The notes beneath the pieces were generated by a model, which had not been told where the DNA came from, made no database searches, and saw only the letters and a list, made by a program, of their open reading frames with translations. The position numbers were made by a program, and so were the translations under genes. 64,000 nucleotides of DNA from Octopus vulgaris (lineage: Eukaryota), in assembly GCA_951406725.2 (NCBI GenBank), contig OX597835.1, positions 8,804,001 through 8,868,000 of the forward strand, read 5' to 3'. The number at the start of each line of letters is the position of its first letter. Position 1 is the stretch's first letter. Shown one piece after another: positions 41,607 through 56,741 of the stretch.

Positions 41607-42685
41607 TGTATGTATGTATGTATGTATGTATGTATATATGTATGTACGTATGAATGTACGAGTGTATGTACGTACGTCTGTATATATAGTTCCATAAAAT
41701 CTTACGTTCTTTAGTTCCCTGACAGCTATATTTTAATACCAAAATCTGAATAATTTTCGGACCTTTTTTTTTTCCGCAAACGTATTTTCCCTCGTAAACA
41801 TTGTTGCTAATGGTGACCTAGTTTTACAAGTATGGACTGTTGATAACACAGCCATTAAAAAAGGTCATGGTATTGATTTCTAAATTAGGCATTAGGCTGG
41901 ATAGAGTTTTGTGGAATAGTATACTTGATTGAATAGACACCAGTATTTGATTAGTAATTCGATGAAAAATTCAATCAAATAGAAACTCGCTTTGCTGTTA
42001 CCAGAATTCTGTATTACTCTTGAAAATAATATATTGGCGAATATCGTAGCTGAAATTATTCCCTTCGGTAGCGTTTATATGTTTAAGGGTTCTTCACTTC
42101 GTACCAATCTGTGTTAATAGACGCTATTACCAGTATATAATGAAATATAACGAAGCACAACATAATGAAAACCCAGCTGAACTAGCCATTCCAAACACTA
42201 TCCTACTTGGTTGCCTACTCACAATATAACCTTCAGGGTTAAACAGAAGAGATCAAAGACTCCAACTTAGAATGGACATTTGGAAGCGAAGATTAAAATA
42301 CAGAACTGATATTCTGCGCAGTGATGCAAGTAAAATGGAACAAAACACAGAATTATTTGCGATGATTATATCCAAGGTAAACAATGAACTAAATCGCCAA
42401 CAAACAATCGTACACTAAAACAACAAATCTATTTTAAAGAACAGCTTCTATATGTACAGATTAAAAGTGACTGATACTCACAAATCGTGTCGTTGAGAAG
42501 ACAATGAAGCAGTTCTATGGCAAAATATACAGTAACAATTTAAAAGTTAATGTGATATTAACATATTAGAAACATTTACGAAATCTATTTTTGCAAGTAA
42601 ATCTAAACATGAGAAAAATTGCTAGCACCAGTTTTAATTAGTAATGTAGATATTAAAAATAATTCAAACTTATGAATAAAGGTTA

Positions 42686-42860
42686 ACATAACGTTTCGGT
42701 TGTTATACCCTCCAGCCTTCACCAGCCTACGCCATATGCCCGTGTGCAATTATGGGGTGAAGTTTAGGACTTATAAATCTAATATATTCCTATCCTTCCT
42801 TAATACCGGTTGTCATATCTGCACTCGGTCTGCTTAGGAGATTGTTGTATCCTAACATAT
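42686..42860 (-). mobile_element. deleted copy of the PLE terminal repeat seen at 47176-48344
   Basis: shares ATATCTGCACTCGGTCTGCTTAGGAG, CCTATCCTTCCTTAAT, CTACGCCATATGCCCGTG and HHR remnant CTGGTGAAGGCTGGAGGGTAT..CCGAAACGTT (minus strand). Confidence 0.8.
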
Positions 42861-45219
42861 TTTCTTGTTATATATATCAAGTGATATGCGATGAAGACAA
42901 ACTCATATACGTTAAGCGTTTCTCAAATATGGTTAGAAAGATCATATGTCACAATAAACTAAATTGCAGAGTAATAAAGTAACATAAACAAAATGAATTG
43001 TATCGATTAGCACCATAATGTTTTAATCATTAGATACAATTTCAGTGGCATACTTATCTACGTCTCAGATGTGATGCCAATTTAGCAATCAGATCCGAGT
43101 TATAACTTTTTGATTATTTCGTGCAACGTCTAGAAGTTATTTTAAATAATTAACTTAATTATTTTTGACATGTAGAAATCGTGGGTCAGCTAAATCGAAG
43201 ATTTATTTCACCGTAGAAAACAATTTACAAAGCGGTATCTCTTTGCGGAAAGTGAGTTTGCTTCAGTCAATTGAATAAATGTGATAATGCCTTCGAAATT
43301 ATTCACATCCTGTAATATTTGTCTCTTCCTTCAACGAGGCTGACAAGGGAGAAATTATGATTATGGTAATTTGGAATTTACGACACAAGCTCCAATCATT
43401 CATTAATCATACTATTTTTATTCATATTTCATTCTTATTTATATTTAGTGAGATTATTCATAAGATTCAAGGGTTAGGTGTCGTTATGTAGAGTTGGTCT
43501 TAGAAATGTATGTTTCAACTTTTTTTTTTCTATTTTTTAAGTTTTCGAAGAAACAATTATTCAGTTAAATAATATTCACTTATTATAAGATAAATCTTCG
43601 TCTATTACTGATATCCATATGTATATTAGGATAGTTTCGACTTGTATGACTTGTGATGGCGGTACTACTTGAACTGTAGTCCTCGAGATTAGCATAGTGA
43701 GTTTATTTTCAGCAGCACACACTGATTAGAAGACGATCTATGAATTGCTATAGTTCCCATTGCTAAAATCTAATAAATTCGGGTATTTCGTCATGTTGGG
43801 CACCATAATGTATAATCAATATAAAGTTATCTGGTTTCACGTTGGCTTAAAGCAATATTAATACGTAATTAATGAGTTTACAAGTATCAGCTTTACAACC
43901 ATTGTCACGGATTGAGTAAATTCATTTTAATAATTTCCCATATATGTCTATGGAAGTGTCTCTTTAAAAGATCAGATAGCTTTATTTCCCTAGAACTTCC
44001 ATTCCTAATCTGTAATGATGGAAAGAGTGTTAAAACGTGGGTAATTGAATTATGCAGTTTTTATAATGTACGGCAAACTCCCTTCCTCCACGGAAAGTAT
44101 GATGATACATCGATTGCAAAATAAAATTTACGTTACCGAATTACATTAGCCATAGTTTAAAAAAATTGTTGTCTCTTTATCGGAGGTCAAGGAAAGAGGT
44201 TTCCAGTTTATATTGAAGTCTACACAAAACAATATTAGGTTTAAGACAAATTTATTTTGTTTGACCCGTTTATGTAATATAAAGAAGTTTCTTTGAGAGC
44301 TAAATGCTGAGGCAGCATGTACAGGGGTTATAGTCAAGAAATGAATTTAAGAAAAAATATGCCATTCACGTTTATTCGATGTCTACGATGTTGTAATTAT
44401 TATGGTTTCCTTATTTGACAATCAATTGGCCGCAGAAATGTATCCGATTACAATAATATGTACAGCACAGGAGTATATCCCTCCATTTTCCGTTTACACA
44501 CACACACACAGCCACACACACACACACACACACATATATATAATAAAATATTAGGGAATAAATCCAAACTTACAGGGAAAAATCAGATTTAGGATTAAAT
44601 CCAATTTTATAGTAAAATATTATATTATATTACATTAGAGATAAAACCACTATTAGGCAAATCAAAGAATGAAAAATATAAGCCAATACATAAAATTAAT
44701 TAATTTATATTATTTTAAATATATATCAAAAGTATTAAAAGTTTAATAAAGGATATATATATATATATATATATACATATAATTTATATATATATATATA
44801 TGTGGATGTGTGTTTGTCTGTGTGTGTGTGTGTATGCTCCCATACATACACACACACACACAAGAAGGACAGCCATATGATGTCTCTTAACCGAATCCCA
44901 ATACTACAGCATTCACCAATTTGAGACAATGCTACAGGATATTGAATACGACACGGAACAAGGTCGTTATGGAGCAAAGTCTGCTTGATACGTAGTGTTC
45001 GAAGAACGTTTATACTGATATCGTTACACCATTAACAAAGAAACAAAAATGAATGTGAAATATCTTCATGAGAAAGGCTTCAGATTAAGGAATATTCAAA
45101 GGAAGTGTGGTTAATAAATCTATTCTTGTTGTTTGAAGTTAAGAAAATGAATTAGAGACGTTGTTAATGTAGGGTTTGGATAGAGAAAAATCATTTAAAC
45201 TCATAAACTTCAATATTTA

Positions 45220-45439
45220 TTTTTTTATTACCCACAGAGGGATTAAACATAGAGGGGGCAAACAAAGAGATTAAGTCTATTACATCGACCCCAGTCAATA
45301 ATTGGCACTTATTTAGTCGACCCTGAAAGGATGAAAGGAATAGTCGACCTTGGCGAAATTTCAACACAGAACGCAGGAACGGACAAAATACGGTAAGCAT
45401 TTCGCCTGGCGTGCTAACAATTCTGCCAGCCCGCCGCCC
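45220..45439 (-). mobile_element. SINE family B, diverged full length
   Basis: reverse-complement match to family B. Confidence 0.85.
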
Positions 45440-45959
45440 TCCGAAACCTCAATTTTGCACTCTGCAAAAATTGCTTGCTGCCCTATTTTCTTTAATTATT
45501 GAAAAGCTCGAAAATAACCTTCGTCAATGTTTTATTACTCTGCTTAGCAGAAATAGTGCCATTATTTTCCTCTGCAATAAAATAAAAATAGATTATTCCA
45601 TGGAGTCATTCTGCATGTCTATCAATTTATTTGGAAGCTAAATCGACCCTCATTCCGCTTAGTGAGGGATATTTTTGTAGTTACTTTCCCAAAAAAAAGT
45701 GGTATACCGTCTTAAAGTAATGAAATGGTTAAAAGATTCAAGCGAAATGAGGCCAACATGGTGTTGAATTGAAATAATTTGCCATGCTCGCTGGTGCATA
45801 TATCTTATTATGTAAAATTACTAGAGCCTTCTCTGATACTCGGTATTGCAGTGCCAGCAACAAGACATATTTTTATTTACATTATTATCGTGTTACCATT
45901 TATAATAACAGTGAACATGAAAATAAGAAAATAATTTGTAAATAAAGAAATAAAACTCT

Positions 45960-46004
45960 CTATATATACATACATACATATATATATATATATGTATATT
46001 TATG

Positions 46005-46079
<75 letters not shown>

Positions 46080-46098
46080 GTATATATATATATTTATA

Positions 46099-46158
<60 letters not shown>

Positions 46159-46163
46159 CATGT

Positions 46164-46249
<86 letters not shown>

Positions 46250-46310
46250 GTATATATATATGTATATATGTATATATATATATATACATATATATGTATG
46301 TATATACATA
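45960..46310. repeat. (TA)n/(TATG) microsatellite
   Basis: direct reading. Confidence 0.95.
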
Positions 46311-48132
46311 TTCCTCAGGAATGTCGAACTGTGATTAGTCATTCGGTTTATATAAAATTACAGCAATTACAGCGCGATAGAAGCGAAGCAGGAAACAGAA
46401 CGCGAAGGAAGTAATGTTAGATGTGTGTACAATATACAACTATTGTATTTGTGGACGTAAAAAGATTTGTTTAGAACACTTAAATACCACAAACTGTAAT
46501 AACAGTATTTTGTTATGTGAGACAGCACAGATTCTGCCGGTGGTGTATGCACCGACTTATATCCTGTTCATGACGTTAATTTAAAACTAGAAATAGAATG
46601 TTTCGTAGACTAATGACTTGTAGACACTTATGATGGACATATTTTAACTCTATTTCGACTGATGAGCCACTGTTTTAAAAGGTGGTGAGACAATATATGA
46701 AGTCGTACTAAAGTGTAGCTGATTTATCATTAGCCACCCACTTAAACTAATTTTAATTAACTAATGGGTGTACCTCTAAATGAACATTCAAATGGTAGAA
46801 AGAAGAAATGCGAATTGCTGTCTAGTCAAACCTTGCTAGCATGGGTAAGGACATCTTATCTTCTTAGTAATAAAGACAAACTTTCTGTTCAATTCTGATC
46901 CGATTGATTATGTTTCTATTGCACGAAATATTAAAGCTAATAAAATAATACAGTATTGAACACTTGATTCAATAGTTTGTAATAAGTGTTTATGAAATAA
47001 GCGACAACTTGAATTTGTTTCTTTGTGAAGCAGTACTCGATAAATCATCTTCAGTATTTGATTGGTACTCTATTTCTTTCAGTCCGGAAAAAAGCTAAGC
47101 AATGTTGACCTCGGTCCAAATTGAATTCAGAATATAAAGAGATGGAAGAAATAAGGCAAAATATGCAGTTCTATATTTAAGAGATGAGGAATTATGTAAA
47201 TTATTTACATTTGACGGATATTCGTCCTCATCTTGTTTGTTGTTAACACAACACTTCTGCTTAGTTACCCTCCAGACTTCATTAGGTGTCTTGGGAAATT
47301 TCGAACCTCGGTTCTCCTCCCTAAGGTATTCTTCGATGTTATTATTATTATTTTTTTATTATTATTATTCAGGTCACTGCTCGGAATCTTATGGTTAGTA
47401 GCTCGCGCTCTTAACCACTACGCCATATATCCGTGGACAATTATGGAGTGAAGTTTACGGCTTATAAATCTTATATTTTCCTATCCTTCCTTAATGCAGG
47501 TTCTCGTATGCTATTCATATCTGCACTCGGTCTGCTTAGGAGGTTGTTGTGTCCTAGCATATGTGCTGCTTCATTTAGTTTTCGTATTTTCCAGAGGTGG
47601 TCTCCATTTTTCCATACATGATCAGCTGTGCCCGATTTATCAATACCTCCTCGTGTCGCAGCTTTGCGATGTTTGTCTAACGTTATTTTGAAGGGGTGGC
47701 ATGTTTCGACTTTGTGTAACCTACGACAGCTGCATGAGATGGATTACATGCAGTTTTTGTAATATTCTCTTCTATTGGTGGTTTTACTCGAAGGAGATAT
47801 TTGCGAAGTGTTGTATTACTCTTGAATATTGTCCTGATATCATATGGGCCGCATATTTTTTGTATATTTACGGAGAGGCCTTTCACATAGGGTAGACAGA
47901 CTGGAGACAGTTTATTAGTTTCATCCTCTCTTTTCTTCATAATTGGAGTGGATAGAAGGTTTTGTGGGTAGTTGTTACTTAAAAGATTTTTATTGAGCTT
48001 GATCATTTCTTCGTGGTATGTATCACGATCGCTACTTATTTTCTTTGATCGATGTTTTAGGCACTGAACATTACGGAAGAATAGGAAAATATTAGATTTA
48101 TAAGCCCTGAAATTCACTCCATAATTGCCCAC

Positions 48133-48205
48133 GGGCATATAGCGTACAGATTAAGAGCGCCTGCTACTAACCCCGAGATTCCGAGTTCGATTCCAAGGAG
48201 TGACC
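48133..48205 (+). promoter_or_regulatory. tRNA-like Pol III A/B-box module inside the PLE terminal repeat
   Basis: about 73 nt; B box GAGTTCGATTCC in this copy; partner copy 47372-47432 (-) has A box TGGCGTAGTGG; anticodon-loop-like CTACTAA. Confidence 0.6.
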
Positions 48206-48255
48206 TGAATAATAATGATATCGAATGAGAACCCAGGTTCAAAATTTCCCCAAGG

Positions 48256-48297
48256 CACCTGATGAAGGCTGGATGGTATATCGGCCGAAACGTTGTG
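48256..48297 (+). ncRNA. minimal type I hammerhead ribozyme
   Basis: CAC-CTGATGA-A-GGCTGG..TCGGCC-GAAA-CG-TT-GTG; canonical core, stems I and II, palindromic AACGTT in place of stem III. Confidence 0.8.
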
Positions 48298-49504
48298 ATA
48301 ACAACAATGAAAATGAGGACAAATATCCGTCAAATGTAAATAATCTAAAGCAAAATATGTTGACCGGCGTTCATCCAAATTTTGACAATCTTTTATTTTG
48401 TCATTTATATGGAAATAATTTAGGAAAAACTATGAAAGGGACATTGCAATTGAGAGCCTATGATGAAGTGGAGATTGCCAGAGAGAAATAAAGTGAAAAT
48501 AAAATAGAGAGATCATTATAGTGAGGCAACTTCTTACATGTCGTTGCTCTTTTGAAATTAAATGCCGAATAAACAGAGCTAATGATTTTCTTTGATATCA
48601 TATTCATTTAGCCACAACTACGGCTAATAATTACAGTATCGGACAAGGAAGTAGAAATTTGGTTGACGCTGTTTCAAGAACGTTTGTACCCAACCGGCAA
48701 ATGTAGTTCAGCATTTTAGAATAGGATTTTAACTAGAAAAAAGAAATCTGCCTCTCCCATTAATGCTAATTAAACAAACTCTTTCAATTTTATATTTAAA
48801 CTCTCTCTCGCTTTCTCTTTCTCTTTCTCCTTCTCTCTCTCTGTTTGTTACACCATCAACCATTATTTAAGTTGACGAAGGAATCGAAAACGAACCATCT
48901 TTCATTTACATACTTATGGTATCGAAGTAGTACCTTCTCACACAAATGGGCGGATAAATCAGATCATCTAGGAAACTAGATGTAAATCACTTTGATTCTG
49001 AATTACACTTGAACGATTCTGAAGATCGGCGTAGGAATGTACACAGATTCAAAATGAAACAAAAATGTTTTTTGAAGTAATTGAATCCTAGTTCCCATCA
49101 AACGTTCAGATGAGAAAACGAACCAAGAATTAGAGTCATTAAAACCGATGATATATACAACAGGAGTGTTTCAGACAAATTATAGAAGTTAGGGAAGATT
49201 AAGAAGAATTCGAATTCAAACGGAAGGATTTGTTGGCATCGATTCTTTGATAAATGAAATTTCTTCCACGCTGAAAGCACAATTAAGATATCGAGGATTC
49301 TCAATCGAAACCAGTGTAAGATATAGTTGTCAATGAACGTTACCCGTAGAAAAGTATACGATAAATAAGAATTTTTCATGTTCCATCTATGAGGAAATGG
49401 GAAATTTAACAGTATAAAATGTTTCTAGTAATATCAAATTTATGAAAGCACACCTGCAATGAAACTCCTCAACAACAATTCATGATAAATAAACTACGTA
49501 TACA

Positions 49505-49641
49505 CAATTGCAACGTGGAAGGTGTTTGTAAGCCATTTAAGAAACACACAAAAGCTGTTCGATTCACTTCAACATTTAAGTTTAATTCGTCAAAATATTT
49601 TCGTCGCTGTGAGACCGCGGATTTTTGTCAGTGAATAGATC
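49505..49641 (-). mobile_element. copy of the 8085-8290 repeat with its 5' ~20 nt inverted
   Basis: reverse-complement match to 8105-8220, then ATTTTTGTCAGTGAATAG in the opposite orientation. Confidence 0.7.
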
Positions 49642-49689
49642 TGAAAATAAAATTGGGAAGAAAAATCAATTGATAATAGTAATGATAAA

Positions 49690-50546
49690 AAGGCTGTTGA
49701 TCGGAATATATAAACTACGGAAATATGTCTCCTATCAATAACTAAGGAGATCTTTGCTCGCATTCTACAGAACAGACTAAGTATATCTGTCCAAAAATCT
49801 CTCCTATTTCTTTACTACCCACAAGGGGCTAAACACAGAGAGAACCAGCAAGGACAGACAAACAGATTAAGTCGGTTATATCGACCCCAGTGCGTAACTG
49901 GTACTTATTTAATCGACCCCGAAAGTATGAAAGGGAAAGTCGACATCGGCGGAAATTGAACGCAGAACGTAGCGGCAGACGAAATACCACAAAGCATTTC
50001 GCCCGCCGTGCTAACGATTCTGCCAGCTCGCCGCCTTACTAAATATCTTTCCTGAAACAGTGTAGCTATCGTTGTGGTAAAAGTAATGAGGACATCACCT
50101 TCTTCCTTCACCAAATTCAGGAAATATGCATTGAGCAGAACATGCCAAGGCATGATGAGTTCATGAACTTCACAAAGGCTTTTGACATATTATCTCGTGA
50201 TGAAATTTAACTGGTTCTCAAGGAACATGGACGTCCTCCAAGTTTCATCAATGAGGGAATGCAGGTATTTGTAGTACAAGATAGCGATAGGTCAGGCGAG
50301 TTGATATTGACAAACAGGGTGCGTACTCGCTCCAGCACTATTTTCCGTCTATCACGCTGCAGTGTTGGAAGTCCCCTTTGAAGATGTTAGGTGAAAGTAT
50401 TTACATCCAGACGCAGCATGATGCTGACCTGTTCAATGCTGCATAGTATAAAGCCAAGATGCACAATACGAAGTTCCTCGTGAGAGTGATGCTGTTCGCT
50501 GATAATACTACGCTGGTTGCCCTCTGCTGTGAAGATACGTGGAAAC

Positions 50547-50550
<4 letters not shown>
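49690..50550 (+). mobile_element. RTE LINE reverse transcriptase relic interrupted by SINE-B
   Basis: CLLSITKEIFARILQNRL / FMNFTKAFDILSR / QGCVLAPALF-like / VMLFADNTTLVA, with stops and frameshifts. Confidence 0.85.
49805..50036 (-). mobile_element. SINE family B, full length
   Basis: family match; flanking near-duplication ATCTCTCCT/ATCTTTCCT. Confidence 0.9.
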
Positions 50551-50748
<198 letters not shown>

Positions 50749-51329
50749 TATGTGTATGGTCGTGTGGGCAGGTGTGCTTTTTATCCGTATACACAGATAA
50801 CGACACATTTTTTAATATTCTTGCTCTCAACATGACCCCCAGCAGACGGTTTCCATATATCGTGATTTCCTCTATTATAAAATCATGTTTCTGATTTCAA
50901 TGTCTGAGCTCTCTATTTCCTAATTGCTATTTTCTAGTAATGATCGTTCCATTCTATTAAGAGGACAGTAGTTGTCACTTTAATTAAAAACTGATTAATA
51001 TTAACACGTTACTATTCGCTTCGAAAAGTGAATATTTTTGCATTTCTAATTACTCTCAGGAAAATATATTTAATTAACTCTCATAATATTTTAGTGTGGA
51101 ATGCTGAAGAATTCAAATCTAGATGTTTTCAGTAACATTAGATTTAGCCAAGAAATGTCGAATCCCCGGTAAAAAATAAGAATAAAAATAGGATGATAAA
51201 ATATTAAATTTTAAGTATTAGCATTGTACCACAAATGTATTAAGATTATTAACCGACACTTCATCAGTTAGGATGACGTGAGTTCCATTTGAAACGGTCT
51301 ATGGAAATACCTGTTCGTAAAATTAGCTA

Positions 51330-51555
51330 AGCATTCCACAGACACGCGTATACTTAACGTACCTTTTAGCGAGATTCAACGTCACACAGAATGTGCCGTC
51401 GTTAGCCCTTCTGATTGCATTTGGAACTCATATTACCTACTGAATGAACTGGAGCAACCTGAAGGAAAGTGTCTGCTCAACGACACAGCGCAACTCCGTG
51501 ATTTGAACTCCCGACCTAATGATCCTGATTCGATTACTTCAAGCCACGCGCCTTC
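51330..51555 (-). mobile_element. old degenerate SINE sharing a segment with family C
   Basis: CATTCCACAGACACG..CTTAACGT..GAGATTCAACGTCACACAGA matches the family C 3' body; B-box remnant TTTGAACTC. Confidence 0.55.
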
Positions 51556-51706
51556 CCTCGGATTATTTAAGATTATTTAATAATTTTAAAATAAAACAGA
51601 GGATATAGTATGAGGTTGCTGGATCTGCTTGGGGCAGAAATAACCTCTTTTAGAAAATACATTAGTTTCAAACAGGCGAGTTTATAGAATGGAGCTTATA
51701 ATTAAG

Positions 51707-51860
51707 TTATTTCTTTACTACCCACAAGGGGCTGAACGCAGAGGGGACAAACAAGGATATACAAAGGGATTAAGTCGATTATCTCGACCCCAGTGCGTAC
51801 TGGCACTTAATTTATTAACCCTAAAAGGATGAAACACACAGTCGACCACGGCTAAATTTT
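51707..51860 (-). mobile_element. SINE family B, 3' part
   Basis: reverse-complement match to family B. Confidence 0.8.
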
Positions 51861-53959
51861 CATCGTTATCATCTTTCGCTGTACTAATATGTTAGGTTGA
51901 CTATACAGAACTATAGGCAAAGGCAATGGTCTTGGTTGAAACAGTCGTTGCCATTAGCTTGCTATTTCATAGCCGCCATGAGTTGAACCACAATCGGTAT
52001 TTTTAAAAAATATATTATTGTGGAATATGTAATAAATCATCCTAACGAAATATATTTATTTAAAGAAACAAATGCAGAGCATAATAGCGGAAAGAAAATT
52101 TAATAATATGTAGAATGTTTCCTTATAATATTGTAAACATAGTTGATATTCTGTATATGAAGATGTAGTAGGTTGACGATATGACAAAATTGATTAGAAA
52201 CTGAAGCGAATATATTAGAATAAACAGGAAAGCAAAACTAAATAAAATCGATTAAATGTTGACAGGAATTGAACGAGATTTTGCTCCTCTGACATATTAT
52301 ATATCATATTTAATTAATTTTATAACTTGTCATTTATCTCTTCGATTCAACTCAGAACATCGACCTAAGCCCATAAGCGAATCTGTTTGCCAAATAGTAG
52401 ATTCAATCGCATTTTATGAGTGCAGACACATCGCTATGTCGTATCTTTTTAAAGTTCATTTTAACAAAAAATATTCATCAATATTCTGGACATCGAGAGG
52501 CTGTCACGCATAATGAAAGTAGGTAATATATATATATATATTGGTGGGGGGATGTCTGTGTGTGTATATGTGTGTTTATGTGTGTGCAGGCATGCACGCA
52601 ATATATATGGGCGTGCACACAAACATTATACAAAGCAGGAGAAAGAATAGAATGAAATCGGTGTGGAGAGTTTCAGTGCAAAGTTGTCAGGAGGGAAAAG
52701 AAAGACACTGCAGTTTAACTTCATCTGTTGTACTATGATTCGAAACCACACCGCCCTTTTTTAAACATAAATACCGTAAACCTCTACTGTGTTTCTTTTG
52801 TTACCAGTTTTTTTTAAACTGTTTCCTGCAAAACGACTGTCGGAAACGTAAGATATGCTACCGCCGAAAGCAATTTCACTGAATTCTGTCTGCCACACTT
52901 TCTAAATTATACAACTCATGCCGACGCAGACACAAACGAACAAATTGGATTCGGATATATGCGGATGTTTATGTGCGTGTTAGTGTGTGTATGAGTGTAG
53001 GTATGTGTGTGTCTAATTGTATGGTGGTTTGTAATTGTATATGTATGTATATGTACATACGTATAAGTACCTGTATGTTTATATTTGATGAATGAGAGTA
53101 TGTATCATGACTATGATACTAAAAACATGCAAAGAAAATATTTGTTTCATATTATGTTTCGTATTACATCTATGCATTACATATGACGATCTGTTAGAAC
53201 TTCGGGCAAAATATATATTGCAATACAAATATTGCAGCAGATATGAATGGAACAAAGTACTTTCAAATAGTTGATCTATTAAAAGTTGTTGCTTATAATT
53301 GAAATGCACACCTCCTCGAAATATCAATGGTTTGGTGTCTAGCCAAAATTTGTTTTAAATTCAATAAATTCTCAGCCATGTAAACAAATCAATAGCGATC
53401 ATGTTAAGCTATGAATAATATTAACAGCTCTAATGTGAATTGCATGCAGCACACATGTGTGCCAGTAATATGCACCATTATTAATACCTGATATACAAGA
53501 GATAAAAAGAGATGAATAGATAGAAAAAAACGACTTATTAGAATTCCTCAAAGGATCAATGAAATTATATAATAGCTTTTGTGATTATTCTGAAATAATA
53601 ACTGGTTAATGTAGTCAATATCAATAGAAACGATAGCATTAGCATTTTTACGTATGGAATGCAGACATACACATAGTCCTGTGCATTGATATTAAGCTAT
53701 TATAAGACACAGGATGGCGAATATCTAATCAAGAAGCGATAGGAAAAACAAGAGCATTATCAGGGGTAAAAATGTGTCAGACACACACGCGCGCACATAA
53801 ACAGCAACACACAAAAAAAAACACGCATAAACCTTATATACATGGTCAAAGTATACAAATGAGTGTATACATACATTCATATATGTGGTGTGTGTGTGTG
53901 TGTGTTAGTGTTGCTCGTATATATGTACACACATATATATAAGCATGTATATATGCATG

Positions 53960-53998
<39 letters not shown>

Positions 53999-54300
53999 AT
54001 GTATGTATATATATACATATATATATATGTGTGTGTGTGTGTGTGAGCGTGAGTGGATCGAGAAAGAGATAGAGAGAGAGAGAGACTAATTTTATTTGCA
54101 CATCTTGCATTTATCGAGGTGTGTATTGAAGATATGTATGCGATATGCTTCTAGAATATGCAAATGTACACATGCATACATAGACATGCATATATAACTA
54201 ATATATATATATATATACATACATTTGCATATATGCAGACATACACGTAGGTTTATATATATGTACATATATGTAAACACATACACAGACACACACGCAC

Positions 54301-54352
<52 letters not shown>

Positions 54353-54972
54353 ATAGCTAGCCGGATTGATAGATGATAGATACGTACAACTATGTATGTG
54401 TGTGTGTGTGTATTTATAGTATTCAGACATAATAAATGCTGAAGGCAAAACACTCTCAGTGATCTCACCTGAGGCGCAATAATACGAAAAGTATGAGAAA
54501 TAGCAATAAGTCGAGACATTTCTCTGCATATACGTGGGAGATACCAAATAATTCTGAAACGATATTGAGAATATAAACAGCCGCCTAATATATATTTAAT
54601 ACTGAACCAAGTTCTGTATTGAGTGTAAGCAGGTGAAAGTACGCTGATCGTACACTGGGGAAGACTAATAAAATTCAAGATCTTTCAGGTATTAGCATAA
54701 AAGGCATCAATAACGGAGTTAAGTCTGCAGGAAAAAAAAAACAAACTAAAACACTCTGCCTGAAGAGTGATGATTGATGGGGTCAGGAACGTGCTACTAG
54801 GTAACTATCCTACGGTTAATCAATTTAGTCAGGTTCAATAGCCTAGGGATGTCTGTAGTGAAACTGGACACAGAATTGATGTTTTGTCCAAGTTTCGTCT
54901 AAGTTTTGTCTAAGTTTAATTGGCATTCTTCTTCAAATTATGGACCCAACGAGTAATGTTTTACATATACAG

Positions 54973-55250
<278 letters not shown>

Positions 55251-55408
55251 AATATGTGTGTGCGTGTGTATGTAAGTGTGTGTAGGTAGGCTAAAATATT
55301 TCCGTATTTCCGTTAATGTTATTTTAATGCAATGAACATCCATGTACTTTGTATGCGTTTGTTTTCTTCAATTATAATGACATCACAGGGTGTTTCTGGA
55401 AATATGTA

Positions 55409-55442
<34 letters not shown>

Positions 55443-56357
55443 GGGGGTGGGATTGTACTGGAGTGTTTTTGTGTGTAAATGTGCGAATTCATATATTTGT
55501 GTTTGCTGGTACGGATGTGTATGTATATCTTTATGTGAAAAGCAATATAGAGAGACATATGAATCAATTGAAGGAGAAATAGATTGAAAGGCAGTCTGAG
55601 AGAGTGAGGGAGAGAAAGAGAGGAGAGTGAGAGAGACACACAGGCACACACACACACATACACACACACAGGCACACAGATCAGGGGTAGGTGAACGAGT
55701 ATATTGATCGCTCTCAACTGTTCAATAATGTTGAAAGAGCTAATACCGGGAATTCACTACATCACAGAACTGATTGCCAAACTAGAAAGTATGAGGAAAC
55801 TCATAAAATTGATAGTTGATTTTGCTACAAAGTAAACGATAGTATAACCAATAACATATAACACCCAGGGTATTAGTCACGGAACTGGCTTCTAAATTCG
55901 ATACGACAGAGATTTATACGTTTTAAGACATGACATACTCAAATCATTGTATATATAGATTCTGCAATGGAACCAACTTATTCAAATATAACCTACATTT
56001 AAATAGAAATGCAATAGAATAACGTCTCAGAAATCATGTCGTTTTTCGCTCTGGACTTAAATTAATTACATGGAGAAATACCTTGCACGTAAACAACCAG
56101 TTTTAATTATAGCGATAAGGGCAATTTACAAATTTCCGTACAGCAACGGACTAAATAACAGTAATTGATTTGAAACGTCAACAGCAAATGTTGATGTGCA
56201 ACTGTGACACTAAAAGAAACGTTTGCACTCTCGTAAGTAAAGTCGGCCACAGAACCCAAACTGGTTTCATTTGGACATTAAATGCCGAATTCGTTCAAAT
56301 CAGTGAATGGTCAACGATGGGTAGAGAAAGTATATTCTGATACATACAGTGGTTAGA

Positions 56358-56741
56358 GTGGAGGCGCAATGACCTAGTGGTTAAGGCAGCGGACTCACGG
56401 ATATAGGATCGCGGTTTCGATTCCCAGACCGGGCGTTGTGAGTGTTTATTGAGCGAAAACACCTGAAGCTCCACGAGGCTCCGGCAGGGGATGGTGGTGT
56501 CCCCTGCTGTACTCCTTCACCACAACCTTCTCTCACTCTTACTTCCTGTTTCTGTTGTACCTTGTATTTCAAAGGGCCGGCCTTGTCACTCTCTGTGTCA
56601 CGCTGAATATCCCCGAGAACTACGTTAAGGGTACACGTGTCTGTGGAGTGCTCAGCCACTTACACGTTAATTTCACGAGCAGGCTGTTCCGTTGATTCGG
56701 GTCAACCGGAACCCTCGTCGTCGTAACCAACGGAGTGCTTC
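56358..56741 (+). mobile_element. SINE family C, full length
   Basis: near-identical to 31478-31862; TSD TACAGTGG(T/C)TAGA at 56345-56357/56742-56754. Confidence 0.92.

Larger units (their letters stand above)
47176..48344 (-). mobile_element. 5'-truncated Penelope-like element (RT linker and GIY-YIG remnant) between inverted terminal repeats
   Basis: minus strand CLKHRSKKISS..NNYP..VCLPYVKGLS..IFKSNTTLRKYL, then frameshifted GIY-YIG-like residues and SGTADHVW; inverted repeats about 47200-47496 and 48069-48344. Confidence 0.88.

Noticed and set aside
48133-48205. Genuine tRNA gene
   Set aside because: Poor acceptor and T-stem pairing, and embedded in a repeated PLE terminus; SINE heads rejected likewise.
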